Below are positions 39,741-49,979 of a DNA stretch of 64,000 nt, piece after piece. How positions within the stretch are numbered: position 1 is the first letter of the stretch; each line of letters begins with the position of its first letter. A program made the position numbers and the translations under genes. Source of the stretch: an uncultured Alphaproteobacteria bacterium. Its GTDB lineage: Bacteria > Pseudomonadota > Alphaproteobacteria > Methylaequorales > Methylaequoraceae. The notes below the pieces were generated by a model, which was not told the DNA's origin, searched no databases, and saw only the letters and a program-made list of their open reading frames with translations. The stretch covers positions 3,516 to 67,515 of the forward strand of contig CACACI010000003.1 in assembly GCA_902530985.1 (NCBI GenBank), given 5' to 3'.

Positions 39741-41711
39741 ATGTTTTTTAAATTTTTTTATATAATACTTTTTTTTGTAGCAAATACTACCTTAGCATTT
39801 GATTGGCAAGAAAATAAAAAAAATGTATATGCTGAAACTCTGCCAAAAAATGGGATTTTTTTTAAAGATAATGAGTATTATTTTGGTATAAAATTTAACC
39901 TAGAAGATGGATGGAAAACCTATTGGAAAAACCCTGGAGATGCTGGATCAGCTTTAAGCATTGATTGGGAAAATGAAAAGAATATCAATTCATGGAAGAT
40001 TCTTTTTCCATTTCCTGAAATATTTGTAGATAAAGGAGTTACGACAATTGGTTATGATAAAGAAGTGATTTTCCCAGTAAAAATAAAACTTAATCAAACC
40101 AATGTATTAAATGAAAAAATAAAATTGAATTATCTTGTTTGTAAAGAGGTTTGTATACCAATATCTGAGAGCAAAGACATTAATTTAGATTTCAAAAATA
40201 TAATACAATCTAAAGAATTTGATAGAAGTTTTTTTAATGTTCCTAAAAATCATAGCAATTCTTTTAAATTAAGTTTAATTGAAACTTCTAAGCGTAACTT
40301 AACATTTGAAATTAGAAATTTTACAAACAAATTTAAAGATCTAGAAGTTTTTGGATTTTCAGAAGAGTGTGGTTTAAGAGTTGAAACATTTTTAGATAAG
40401 GAGAGAAACCCAAAATTTAAAATATATACAGACGAAGATATTAGAAGTTTAAAAAAGCCAATATTTATCTCAATTTCAGATGGTAATAAATTTGAAGAAA
40501 TAACTTTTGATATTAAAACAAAATCCAAAAAATCATATATTGGCTACTATTTAATTTTAGCTTTTTTTGGTGGGTTAATTCTAAACTTTATGCCATGTGT
40601 TCTGCCTGTTCTATCATTAAAGCTTTATACTTTTACTAATCTAAAATATAAAAATTATAATAGTATTCGTATTAACAGTTTGTTAATAGTAGCTGGGATA
40701 ATAACCTCTTTTTTAGTTTTGGCTTTAATAGTAATTATTTTAAAAAGTTTAGGTCAAATAGTAGGATGGGGCTTTCAATTTCAAAATATCTACTTTTTAA
40801 TTATAGTAACAACTATAATACTTCTATTTAGCTTTAATTTATTAGGTTTTTATGAAATTGTTTTGCCGAGGTATTTGCAAGATAAAGTTAATAAATTTCT
40901 AGACTCTAATAGTAGAACAGGACACTTTCTATCTGGAGCATTTGCGACATTACTGGCAACACCTTGTAGTGCACCTTTTCTAGGAACAGCTGTTGGTTTT
41001 GCAATGGTTGCATCAAACCCTAATGTATTAATTATATTTTTTTTTATTTCCATGGGCTTTGCTTTGCCTTATTTTTGTTTCATTTTTTTTCCAAAAATAA
41101 TCTTAGTTTTACCTAAACCTGGGGAATGGATGCTTAACTTTCGTTATCTTCTGGGACTATTACTTTTATTCTCATCAATTTGGTTAATGAACGTTTTAAA
41201 TATTGACTTTAATTTAGTGGTTGCATTAACAATTATAATTCTATTTCTATCATATATTAATAAAAGAAATAACTTTAAAAGATTCGCCATTTCTATTTCA
41301 TTACTTTTTTTATTATTTTTTTATTCAGAAAAATCTTTTTTTAAAGATAAAGAAATAGTTTGGCAAACTTTTAATTATAAATTGTTAAAAAAATATCTAG
41401 ATCAGGATAAAATCGTCTTGGTCGATGTTACTGCTGACTGGTGCGTTACTTGCCAGATCAACAAAATGACAACTCTAAAATCTAATAGATTAAGAGATTA
41501 CATAATGAAGAATGAAATAGTTACAATAAGAGCAGACTGGACAAAAAAAAATATTGAAATATTAGAGTATATAAAAAATTTTGACAGATATGGTATTCCA
41601 GTTAATATAATTTATGGACCAAAAAATAAAGAAGGAATTTTATTGCCAGAAATAATTTCTAACGATATTGTATTGGATAAATTATTTACAGTAGGTTTTT
41701 ATGACAATTAA
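39741..41711 (+). CDS. DsbD/ScsB-type thiol:disulfide electron transporter (three-domain)
   Basis: After the signal peptide comes an N-terminal periplasmic domain with WKTYWKNPGDAG and CKEVC. The TM core has PCVLPVL and TPCSAPFLG. The C-terminal thioredoxin domain has the CxxC motif WCVTCQ. I use the ATG at 39741, because the track start 39627 would overlap the divergent yqgE gene. Confidence 0.85.
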   Translation: MFFKFFYIILFFVANTTLAFDWQENKKNVYAETLPKNGIFFKDNEYYFGIKFNLEDGWKTYWKNPGDAGSALSIDWENEKNINSWKILFPFPEIFVDKGVTTIGYDKEVIFPVKIKLNQTNVLNEKIKLNYLVCKEVCIPISESKDINLDFKNIIQSKEFDRSFFNVPKNHSNSFKLSLIETSKRNLTFEIRNFTNKFKDLEVFGFSEECGLRVETFLDKERNPKFKIYTDEDIRSLKKPIFISISDGNKFEEITFDIKTKSKKSYIGYYLILAFFGGLILNFMPCVLPVLSLKLYTFTNLKYKNYNSIRINSLLIVAGIITSFLVLALIVIILKSLGQIVGWGFQFQNIYFLIIVTTIILLFSFNLLGFYEIVLPRYLQDKVNKFLDSNSRTGHFLSGAFATLLATPCSAPFLGTAVGFAMVASNPNVLIIFFFISMGFALPYFCFIFFPKIILVLPKPGEWMLNFRYLLGLLLLFSSIWLMNVLNIDFNLVVALTIIILFLSYINKRNNFKRFAISISLLFLLFFYSEKSFFKDKEIVWQTFNYKLLKKYLDQDKIVLVDVTADWCVTCQINKMTTLKSNRLRDYIMKNEIVTIRADWTKKNIEILEYIKNFDRYGIPVNIIYGPKNKEGILLPEIISNDIVLDKLFTVGFYDN

Positions 41712-42180
41712 TGAAAATACTAATTTCCCAGAAATAAATTTTTTTAAGATTTCTGAATCTGGTCCAATAAAATTAAAATCTTCAGAGCTGTTTGGTGAAA
41801 AAAAAATTTTACTTGTAGGTGTTCCCGGAGCGTTCACTCCAACATGTAGTGATGACCACTTGCCAGGATATATTAAATGTGTAAGAGATTTTGAAGATAA
41901 AGGTGTAGAGAAAATTATTTTTGTATGTAACAATGACCCTTTTGTCGTCAAATCATGGAGTGAAAAGTATAAAAATTCTGGTATTGACTTTATATCAGAT
42001 GGCAATGGTGAGTTCAGATCAAAGAGTGGATTAGAAATAGATTTATCAAGTGTTGGTTTAGGCAAAAGGCTATCAAGATTTACTATGCTTATTGAAAAAG
42101 GGGTTATAAAAAAAATATTTAACGAAAATGGTCCTGGCCTTGATGTAAGTGAAGCACAAAAAGTTTTAGACTCTATTTAA
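41701..42180 (+). CDS. Peroxiredoxin, Prx5/PrxD-like (AhpC/TSA family), cytoplasmic
   Basis: The peroxidatic Cys motif is VGVPGAFTPTCS. There is no signal peptide. It overlaps the upstream gene by 11 nt. Confidence 0.9.
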   Translation: MTINENTNFPEINFFKISESGPIKLKSSELFGEKKILLVGVPGAFTPTCSDDHLPGYIKCVRDFEDKGVEKIIFVCNNDPFVVKSWSEKYKNSGIDFISDGNGEFRSKSGLEIDLSSVGLGKRLSRFTMLIEKGVIKKIFNENGPGLDVSEAQKVLDSI

Positions 42181-42618
42181 CTTAGTTGCTTGCTCTCTTG
42201 CAAGCTGGTCTACTAACTCATTGTTTTCATTTCCACTATGACCCTTAACCCAATTCCATTCTATATTAAAATCTTTGGTCAACTCGTCCAGTGATAACCA
42301 TAGATCCTTATTTTTAACTTTCTTTTTGTTTGAACCAATCCAGTTGTTATTCTTCCATTTAGTTATCCATAACTCTATGCCATTAATTACATATTTACTA
42401 TCTGTGAATATAATCAATGAACTATTTCTTGGAACAGAGTTCAATGCTTTAATAATTGCGGTAAGTTCCATCCTATTATTGGTTGTCAATAACTCTGATC
42501 CATACTTTTTTTTTTTAAAATCTAAATTTTTGTTAATAATTATTGCAGCCCAACCACCAGGACCAGGATTTCCTAAACAAGCACCATCAGTATAAATAAC
42601 ATATTCTAAATCATTCAT
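42166..42618 (-). CDS. rnhA: Ribonuclease HI
   Basis: The motifs are IYTDGACLGNPGPGGWA, TNNRMELTA, TDSKYV, WVKGHSG and NE.VD.LA. Confidence 0.93.
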   Translation of the reverse strand: MNDLEYVIYTDGACLGNPGPGGWAAIIINKNLDFKKKKYGSELLTTNNRMELTAIIKALNSVPRNSSLIIFTDSKYVINGIELWITKWKNNNWIGSNKKKVKNKDLWLSLDELTKDFNIEWNWVKGHSGNENNELVDQLAREQATKLNRV

Positions 42619-43570
42619 TTAGGTAAAAGCTTTCTGAATTTTTATCAATATGGAACTTCAATATGTTAAAAAATTCTTTCGGATCCTTTTTTTTTAAGAA
42701 TTTACTTTCAATACTATTAATGGAGTCATATGCTCGAGTAAAAAAAAATCTTAGTGCAGCACCTCTTAAAAGGATGTTAAAATTTTTTTTTTCTATAGAT
42801 TGCAAACTTCTTACTGATTCATAACCAGATACTAAACTAAAAAAATAATTTTTATTGAATTTATTGTTAATAAAACACCATGCATTTGAAGTTATAGCAA
42901 GGTCATAAGAGAAATAATCATTACACGAAAAATAGAAGTCTAAAAAACCTGAGATTCTATTTTTTTCAAAAAAAACATTATCTGGAAATAAGTCAGCATG
43001 TATAATTCCTTTTGGCAAATTTCTAGGCCAGTTATGAGATATAAAATTTATTTCTTGTTCAATTATTCCAGATGATTTTGGTATTATTTTATCTAGTTTA
43101 TTTTTAAATTTCATAAATACTTTTTTCCAATAATGAAGACCAAATTGATTTTTTGCTTTGTGAATATTATTTTTATTAGCAGCATGAAAATTTGCTAGTT
43201 TAGCTCCAACTTTAAAACAATCCTCTTCTGACCAGTTCTTTTTTGAAGAGCCTTTTAAAAAAATGAAGACAGCCATTTTCTTATTTTTTATTATATTTAT
43301 ATATTCACCATGTTTATCCTTGATCGGAATTGGACATTCAATTCCATATGCATTGGAATTTATCATTACTTCAAAATAAAAAGGAATAGAGGAAATATCG
43401 ACACGTTTTTCAAAAATCGTTATAACGAATTTCTTTTTTTTAGTTGTAAGAAGGTAGTTTGTATTTTCAATACCCTCTTTTATACCTTGAAAATCAACTA
43501 AATCATCCAATCTGTATATTTTTATAATATTTTTGATATTGGCTTCAGATAATTTGGTATGTACAGCCAT
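42611..43570 (-). CDS. thrB: Homoserine kinase, type II (APH/choline kinase fold)
   Basis: The N-terminus is MAVHTKLSE...FQGIKEGIENTNY. The catalytic loop is IIHADLFPDNVFF. Confidence 0.82.
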   Translation of the reverse strand: MAVHTKLSEANIKNIIKIYRLDDLVDFQGIKEGIENTNYLLTTKKKKFVITIFEKRVDISSIPFYFEVMINSNAYGIECPIPIKDKHGEYINIIKNKKMAVFIFLKGSSKKNWSEEDCFKVGAKLANFHAANKNNIHKAKNQFGLHYWKKVFMKFKNKLDKIIPKSSGIIEQEINFISHNWPRNLPKGIIHADLFPDNVFFEKNRISGFLDFYFSCNDYFSYDLAITSNAWCFINNKFNKNYFFSLVSGYESVRSLQSIEKKNFNILLRGAALRFFFTRAYDSINSIESKFLKKKDPKEFFNILKFHIDKNSESFYLNE

Positions 43571-43576
43571 CTCAAT

Positions 43577-44071
43577 TTAAAAAACTTGTTTAGGTATTTT
43601 CTTTAAAGACTCATCAATTAGTTTGGAGTTATATTTTTTTGATAAGTTTTTTTTTATTCTTACTTCGGTATAGTGGATTACCTTTTTCATTATTTTTTTT
43701 TTTAATTCAACTTTTAGATCATTTTCCATTTGATTTGAAATTTGATTATAATTATTAATTTTTCGTAGCATATTAAATTCAATGTCTTTTTCTATTTGAG
43801 ATTTTATTTTTTTAATTTCTCTGGATGTATCTTCTTTTATCTTTTTTATTAACATTGAGTTTTCTTTTTGTTTAACAATTTGCTCTTTGTATAACTTTTC
43901 TGCTTCCTCTTTTAAACTTCTTGATTCATCAAGACTTTTCTTTAAATCAGCAATCTTTTTTTCTAAACCTAATGAAAGTTGACTTGCTAAGGGTTTGAAA
44001 GCTAATATCACAAATAATAAGAAGGATATTGCAACCCATAGCGTGGAGTCATTAAGGAAGTTAAGGTTCAT
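43577..44071 (-). CDS. atpF: F0F1 ATP synthase subunit b
   Basis: It has a single N-terminal TM segment followed by a long charged helix. It is last in the atpI-B-E-b'-b order typical of alphaproteobacteria. Confidence 0.8.
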   Translation of the reverse strand: MNLNFLNDSTLWVAISFLLFVILAFKPLASQLSLGLEKKIADLKKSLDESRSLKEEAEKLYKEQIVKQKENSMLIKKIKEDTSREIKKIKSQIEKDIEFNMLRKINNYNQISNQMENDLKVELKKKIMKKVIHYTEVRIKKNLSKKYNSKLIDESLKKIPKQVF

Positions 44072-44625
44072 TAATCATCCTCTACAATTTGTTTAAACTC
44101 TTTTACACTTCCTTTAGTTTTCTCGTTCATGATTTTTTCGTATAAGTTGTCAGAGAGTGTTACACATAAAGACGGGAGATTTGACAAAATTGAAGTCTTA
44201 TTTGCCTCAATAGCTTTACCCAACTTATTTTTTTTTATCTCAAACTCTTCGTTTATTTCTGAGAATTTTCTATCCAAAATTTTTTTATTTTCTTCAAAAG
44301 TTTTGTTAATGATTAAATTTTTCTCATTTTTAGCTTTTTCTAGATCCTCGTGAATTTTCTCAATTATAGAGTTTATTGAATCATTGATTTTTTTTGCCTC
44401 CTTTATATAACCTTCTATTTTATCTTTTCTTTTATTTCTGATGTTTTGAACTTTGGGTAAAAAAATAAAATGATTCATCAAGAAAAGAAATACAAAAAGC
44501 AAAGTTAGCCAAAAAATTTGTGAAGTAAAGGATTCAGGATTAAGCTGAGGCATTCCCCCCTTTTCTTCAGCTGCTTTAATAGTTTTTGAAAAAAAAACTA
44601 AAGACAATAAAGAATATCTAATCAT
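44071..44625 (-). CDS. atpF2: F0F1 ATP synthase subunit b'
   Basis: It contains MPQLNPESFTSQIFWLTLLF, then one TM segment and a charged helix. It lies between the subunit c and b genes. Confidence 0.8.
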   Translation of the reverse strand: MIRYSLLSLVFFSKTIKAAEEKGGMPQLNPESFTSQIFWLTLLFVFLFLMNHFIFLPKVQNIRNKRKDKIEGYIKEAKKINDSINSIIEKIHEDLEKAKNEKNLIINKTFEENKKILDRKFSEINEEFEIKKNKLGKAIEANKTSILSNLPSLCVTLSDNLYEKIMNEKTKGSVKEFKQIVEDD

Positions 44626-44627
44626 AT

Positions 44628-44855
44628 TTAGAAAACGAATAGTAAAAGTAGCGCAATGATCAAAGCAAAAAGTGCTAATGCCTCTACAAGCGCAAAACCC
44701 AGCATTGTCATAGTAAAAACATGTTCGCGTGCTTCAGGGTTTCTACCAACTGCGGAAATAAATGCGGCAAAAATAGAACCGATTCCAATTCCGGAACCAA
44801 TTACACCCAAAACTGCTATACCAGCACCTAAAAGTTTTGCAGATTCTATATCCAT
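44628..44855 (-). CDS. atpE: F0F1 ATP synthase subunit c
   Basis: This 75-aa hairpin has a GxGxGxG helix (GSGIGIGSIF), the loop RNPE and the carboxylate helix LGFALVEALALF. Confidence 0.95.
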   Translation of the reverse strand: MDIESAKLLGAGIAVLGVIGSGIGIGSIFAAFISAVGRNPEAREHVFTMTMLGFALVEALALFALIIALLLLFVF

Positions 44856-44881
44856 AATAATTACTCCTTAAAAGTTAAAAG

Positions 44882-45622
44882 TTAATGTAAATGTATTGCA
44901 TCATTTATATACAAACAAGTTAATATTGCAAATACATAAGCTTGAAGAAAAGCAATTACAATTTCTAAACCAGTTAAAGCTATTAGAAAAGCTAATGGAA
45001 AAACACCACCGATAATAAAGCTGTTTGCACCTAAAACAAAAACAAAGCCACCTATAACTTTTAAAAGTGTATGACCAGCCATCATATTTGCAAACAATCT
45101 AACTGAAAGGCTAATAGGCCTTGATAAATATGAAATTATTTCAATAGGGATTAATAATATTAACATAGGTTTTGGAACACCAGATGGAGCAAAAAACTTT
45201 AGAAACGTTATTAATCCATGTTTGTAAATTGCTATTATAGTCACCCCAATAAAAATAAAAAAAGCTATAGAAAATGTTACTATAATGTGGCTGGTCCAAG
45301 TGAAACTGTATGGTAACATGCCAAGCAAGTTTCCTATAAGAATAAATAAGAACAGGGTAAAAACAAAAGAAAAGTATTTGATACCTTCTTTTCCAATATT
45401 ATCCCCAATCATATCTGAAATAAATTCATAAGTGCTTTCAACCAGGGTCTGAGTTTTTGAAGGTATTATTGTTAAATTCCGTAAGCCGAAATACATAAAT
45501 ACAGCAATCGTCAATGTTGTTAAAGTCATTGCTAATGAGGAGTTTGTGAAAGATATGTCTTGACCAAAAAACTCTAAAGGTATGATTGTTTTAATTTCGA
45601 ATTGAGCTAAAGGGCTTGCCAA
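44882..45622 (-). CDS. atpB: F0F1 ATP synthase subunit a
   Basis: It contains the conserved SLSVRLFANMMAGH with the essential Arg. It is a multi-TM protein. Confidence 0.95.
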   Translation of the reverse strand: MASPLAQFEIKTIIPLEFFGQDISFTNSSLAMTLTTLTIAVFMYFGLRNLTIIPSKTQTLVESTYEFISDMIGDNIGKEGIKYFSFVFTLFLFILIGNLLGMLPYSFTWTSHIIVTFSIAFFIFIGVTIIAIYKHGLITFLKFFAPSGVPKPMLILLIPIEIISYLSRPISLSVRLFANMMAGHTLLKVIGGFVFVLGANSFIIGGVFPLAFLIALTGLEIVIAFLQAYVFAILTCLYINDAIHLH

Positions 45623-45631
45623 AATTTTCTC

Positions 45632-45895
45632 CTAGTTTTTATTCAATTTTTTTATTGACTTATAGAGATTAAAAAAACCTCCAATAATTCCTAATAACAA
45701 AAAAATAAGAAAAAATATAGGTTTTGTTGAAAAAATTTTATCAATACCTAAACCAATAAGAATTCCAGCAATAATTGAAGATACTAAATCCATTGACAGT
45801 TTTAATCCTAAATTATAATCACTATTTTGATTTTTACTTTCAGATTTTAGATCTTTTAACTTTTTATCTATTCTGTCTGTTAGTTTGTTTGTCAT
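45632..45895 (-). CDS. atpI: ATP synthase protein I-like small membrane protein (AtpI/AtpR)
   Basis: It is 87 aa with two TM helices and sits immediately upstream of atpB. Its ATG shares one nucleotide with the smc stop (TAATG). Confidence 0.7.
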   Translation of the reverse strand: MTNKLTDRIDKKLKDLKSESKNQNSDYNLGLKLSMDLVSSIIAGILIGLGIDKIFSTKPIFFLIFLLLGIIGGFFNLYKSIKKLNKN

Positions 45896-48800
45896 TATAC
45901 AGCTTCTTTCATATCTATTTTTTCAAAATCAACAGATACTATGTCTGAAATTCCTTTTTGGGCCATTGTAACTCCATATATTCGATCTATTGATGTCATT
46001 GTGACTTTATGATGAGTTATAATTAGGAACTTTGTTTTAGTTTCTTTTTTAAGTTCAAGTAAAATATTACAAAACTTTTCTACATTAGGTTCATCCAATG
46101 CAGCATCAACTTCATCTAGGATGCAGATCGGTGAGGGATTTATTAGAAATATAGAGAAGATTAATGAAATAGCTGTAAGGGCTTTTTCTCCTCCAGAAAG
46201 AAGACTAATTGATGATAACTTTTTTCCTGGAGGTCTTGCGTATATCTCAATACCAGTTTGAAGTGGGTCATCTGATTTGATCAGCTCAAGTTTTGCTTCA
46301 CCTCCATTAAATAATTTCACAAAAAGATCAGAAAAATTTTTATTTACATCCTCATATGCTTTTAAGAGTCTATTTTTTCCTTCTTTATTAATTTTATTAA
46401 TTGCAATTCTTAATTTCTCGATAGCTTGCGAAAGATCTAGTTTTTCCATTTCTAAATCTTCAATAGATTCATTTACTAATTTTTCTTCAATCTTTGCCCT
46501 TAAATTAACCGGGCCCATTTGTTCTCTTTGATTAATCAATTTTTCCAGTTTAAACTTTATTTCTTCATAGTTTTGAATTTTTATATTCTTCATTTCAAGA
46601 TCATTTTCAAGATCTTCCGGTTGTATTTTTGATCTTTGAAATATTAGATTCCTTAATTCTTTATCTTTAGATCTAAGATTTTCTATATTACTATCAATTC
46701 TTGTCATATCATTCACTTTATTTTCACGCTCTCTATTTAAATTAATTGTTTTCCGCTCAATATCTTGAACATTCTTTTCAATTTCATTTCCGTTATCAAT
46801 GTTAATTTTAATTTGGTTTTCTATTTCATTATATAAACCTTGAAAGTTTTCTACCTTTTTTTTTAGTGATGATGGCAAGGTGTCTAATTGTTTGCTTTCT
46901 TTTTGGTAATTGATTTCTCTTTTTTCCAGTATTTCAATTTGTTTTTTACATTCAATAATTCTAGTTTTAGTTTTTTGAAGATCATTTCTCAAATAGGTTT
47001 CATTTAACTCATCTTTCATGATTGATTCTTTAAGGGAATTAATTTCATTTCTTTTATTATCTATTTGAAGATCTAGTTCTTGAATGTTTTTTTGTACAAC
47101 TTCTTTTTCATTCTTGTTATTTTCATTTTTATTTGAAGAAGCTTCTTTCAATTTAATTTGTTCCAACTCTTTTGATAAGGAATTATATTCTTCGTATAAC
47201 GATTCTAACTTTTTTTTTAAATCCTCTATATTAAAGTTTGAGATTGATAGTTTTTCTTTTAGGTTAGATAATTCGGTTAAACTTGAATCATAGTTTTTGT
47301 AAATCTTTTCTAAATCAAGGCTTTCCTTTTTAAAGGCTTCATTAGATTTGTGTTGTCTATTAGTAAGATTGTCTTTTTTTGTTATAAGATTTTTGTACTT
47401 TGATTGGTATAGATTTTGTTTATTAATTAATTCTTTAATTTTTAATTGTGCGTCTATCAGCTTTTTTTTTTGAAGGTTATCTTCAGATATGAAGCCGTCC
47501 CACCTCCAAATAGATCCACTCTTGTCAACCAAACTTTGCCCTACTTTAAGTTTTTTTTGTTTTTCTATGGCTATATTTTCATTTTCAACAAAACCAATTT
47601 GGGATAGGATTAAATTTAATTCACTCGGTCCATTTACAAACTTTGATAGATTATTATCAATTGGTTCTAAATTTTCTAAACTTGTTTTTACCCATCTTTT
47701 TGGTGAGGTTTTGAGAGTAGCATCTAATTCATTTGTTAGAGCTGCATAAACAGAATCTTCGTATCCCTTTTTAATTTTCAAAAGATTCACAATTGAATCA
47801 TTTGAAAGTCTAGCATTATTTGTTAATAAGTTTAGGGTTTTAAGTTCTGTGTCTATTTGTGTAAGTTTAGTTGAGCAAATATCAATCTCTGAGACTAATT
47901 GCTTTATACTCTCAATTAATTTGAGATTACTCTGATTTATTTCATTGATATTTCTTTTTTTTTGACTTATTGAGATGTTAATATTTTGAATATTAGTTTC
48001 AAATGTATTATTTAATTTCCTTTGGGCATCAAGCTCTTTTTCTTGGGTTTTTATGTTTTTTATAATAGTAGATATCAATTCCTTTATTTCAAAACTTTTA
48101 TTTTGAAGTATTTCTTTATTTTCTTTTAAATTATCTGATTTAAATTCCTCACCAAGACTTAATTGCATCTCATTTACAAAAATGGTTTCCAATTGTTTTA
48201 ACTTGTTCTTTAATTCAACCTCTTGACTTGTTAGCTCTATTAATTTTTTTTTTTTATTATTTAAGTATGATGGGGCAGCAATTTTATTTTCTAAACTATG
48301 AACATATTTTTTTAATTCTTGAAACCTAGTTTTTTCAACTTCTTTGTCATTTTCAATTGTTTTTATAAACCTTAAAACTTCTTCTTTTTTGTTTTTGATT
48401 CCTTCTAGTTGGTTTGCGTGTTTATTCATTTCACTACTTATTTGAAAAATCCTTTTATTTAAAGATTCCTTCTCTTGACTAATCTGTAAAAATTTATTTT
48501 TTCCTAGATTTAAATTGTTCTCTGATGAAGAGAGATCAGTCAAAATAGTTTTAATTTCATTTGAAATATTTGTTTTCATTGATTGCATATTTTTAATTTC
48601 ATTTGAATTATTTTTCCATTGAGTAAAAACTAAAATGGACTGAAAGTATTTTATGTTTTCTGATAATTGTTCGTACTTTTCTGCTTGTCTAGCTTGTCTG
48701 GATAAATCTTTTTTCTGTTCTTTAAAATTATTTAGATTGATATCAATTTTTCCTAAATTAACTTCAGTTGCTTGAAGTTTTAACTCAGATTCATGTCGTC

Positions 48801-49335
48801 GTGCTTGTAACCCAGATGTTCCTGCGGCATCTTCAAGAATTATCTTCCGATCTATAGGTTTGGAGTTTATAACTTGATCAATATTTCCTTGACTAATTAT
48901 TGAACTTGAACGTGGACCACTCCCCGAATCATAAAATAGTATACTGATATCTTTTGCTCGGACCTCTTTATTATTAATTTTATAAAAAGATCCAACTCCT
49001 CTTTCAATGCTTCTACTTATTAATAGCTTTTTATCTTTTATTATCTCGCCTGAAATTTCACCTATAAAATCGTCTAATTCGATGGTTACTTCAGCAAAAT
49101 TTTTCGCAGGTATGTTCTGAGTTCCGTTAAATATAACATCATCCATTGATCCTGATCCTGATCTTAAGCTCTTTGAAGAAGACTCACCCATGACCCATCT
49201 AATGGCTTCAAAGATATTAGATTTACCACAACCATTTGGACCTATAATTCCAGTAACCCCGTCTTCAATTAATAATTCAGTTGGATGGGCAAATGATTTA
49301 AATCCAGAAATTTTTAATTTATTTACAGTAAACAA
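45895..49335 (-). CDS. smc: Chromosome segregation protein SMC
   Basis: It has Walker A GPNGCGKSNI at the N-terminus, a long coiled coil with a central hinge, and C-terminal LSGGEKALTA and ILDEVDAALD. Confidence 0.95.
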   Translation of the reverse strand: MFTVNKLKISGFKSFAHPTELLIEDGVTGIIGPNGCGKSNIFEAIRWVMGESSSKSLRSGSGSMDDVIFNGTQNIPAKNFAEVTIELDDFIGEISGEIIKDKKLLISRSIERGVGSFYKINNKEVRAKDISILFYDSGSGPRSSSIISQGNIDQVINSKPIDRKIILEDAAGTSGLQARRHESELKLQATEVNLGKIDINLNNFKEQKKDLSRQARQAEKYEQLSENIKYFQSILVFTQWKNNSNEIKNMQSMKTNISNEIKTILTDLSSSENNLNLGKNKFLQISQEKESLNKRIFQISSEMNKHANQLEGIKNKKEEVLRFIKTIENDKEVEKTRFQELKKYVHSLENKIAAPSYLNNKKKKLIELTSQEVELKNKLKQLETIFVNEMQLSLGEEFKSDNLKENKEILQNKSFEIKELISTIIKNIKTQEKELDAQRKLNNTFETNIQNINISISQKKRNINEINQSNLKLIESIKQLVSEIDICSTKLTQIDTELKTLNLLTNNARLSNDSIVNLLKIKKGYEDSVYAALTNELDATLKTSPKRWVKTSLENLEPIDNNLSKFVNGPSELNLILSQIGFVENENIAIEKQKKLKVGQSLVDKSGSIWRWDGFISEDNLQKKKLIDAQLKIKELINKQNLYQSKYKNLITKKDNLTNRQHKSNEAFKKESLDLEKIYKNYDSSLTELSNLKEKLSISNFNIEDLKKKLESLYEEYNSLSKELEQIKLKEASSNKNENNKNEKEVVQKNIQELDLQIDNKRNEINSLKESIMKDELNETYLRNDLQKTKTRIIECKKQIEILEKREINYQKESKQLDTLPSSLKKKVENFQGLYNEIENQIKINIDNGNEIEKNVQDIERKTINLNRERENKVNDMTRIDSNIENLRSKDKELRNLIFQRSKIQPEDLENDLEMKNIKIQNYEEIKFKLEKLINQREQMGPVNLRAKIEEKLVNESIEDLEMEKLDLSQAIEKLRIAINKINKEGKNRLLKAYEDVNKNFSDLFVKLFNGGEAKLELIKSDDPLQTGIEIYARPPGKKLSSISLLSGGEKALTAISLIFSIFLINPSPICILDEVDAALDEPNVEKFCNILLELKKETKTKFLIITHHKVTMTSIDRIYGVTMAQKGISDIVSVDFEKIDMKEAV

Positions 49336-49341
49336 TTTTTT

Positions 49342-49956
49342 TTAATTAATTAAAGAGTCAAGTTTTAATTTTAATGCCTCGAAAGTTAAATCACCATCAT
49401 ATTTTTCACCATTGAGGTAGATTGTTGGAGTTGCTTTAATATCAAACTTCTTGGTTGAATTCAGTCTATTCTTTAATATTCCGTCTTCAATTGATTTATT
49501 TCCAACGCAAACTTTAATTTCATCATTTTTTAGTCCACCAAATTTAGCTATTTTTAGAAGTGATTTAAAAGGGTCTTGTGAGCTTGTCCAATCTTTCTGT
49601 TTATTATATAAAACCTTTAAAAAACTAAAATACTTTTCCTTTCCTGAACATCTTGCTATTACTGAGGCTTTAAGAGCATATTTATCTAAAGGAAAATCTT
49701 GATAAGTGAAAAAAATTTTTCCATTATCTATATAATTTTTTTTTAATTTAGGAAATACTTCGTTATGAAATTTTGCACAATGACCGCAAGTTAATGATGC
49801 AAATTCAATCATTTTCACTGGAGCCGATTCCATGCCTATAGATTTATTTTGAAGCGCTTCAATGGTATCAACAATTCTTCCCTGAGAATTATTTGATAGT
49901 AGAATAATAATTATAAAAATTATTAGTTTTATTGGTTTATATTTGATCATTATCAA
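49342..49956 (-). CDS. DsbA-family thiol:disulfide oxidoreductase, periplasmic
   Basis: It has a signal peptide, the thioredoxin motif CGHC (ASLTCGHCAKFH) and a cis-Pro region ATPTIYLNG. Confidence 0.85.
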   Translation of the reverse strand: MIMIKYKPIKLIIFIIIILLSNNSQGRIVDTIEALQNKSIGMESAPVKMIEFASLTCGHCAKFHNEVFPKLKKNYIDNGKIFFTYQDFPLDKYALKASVIARCSGKEKYFSFLKVLYNKQKDWTSSQDPFKSLLKIAKFGGLKNDEIKVCVGNKSIEDGILKNRLNSTKKFDIKATPTIYLNGEKYDGDLTFEALKLKLDSLIN

Positions 49957-49979
49957 TGCATTATATTTAACATAAATCT

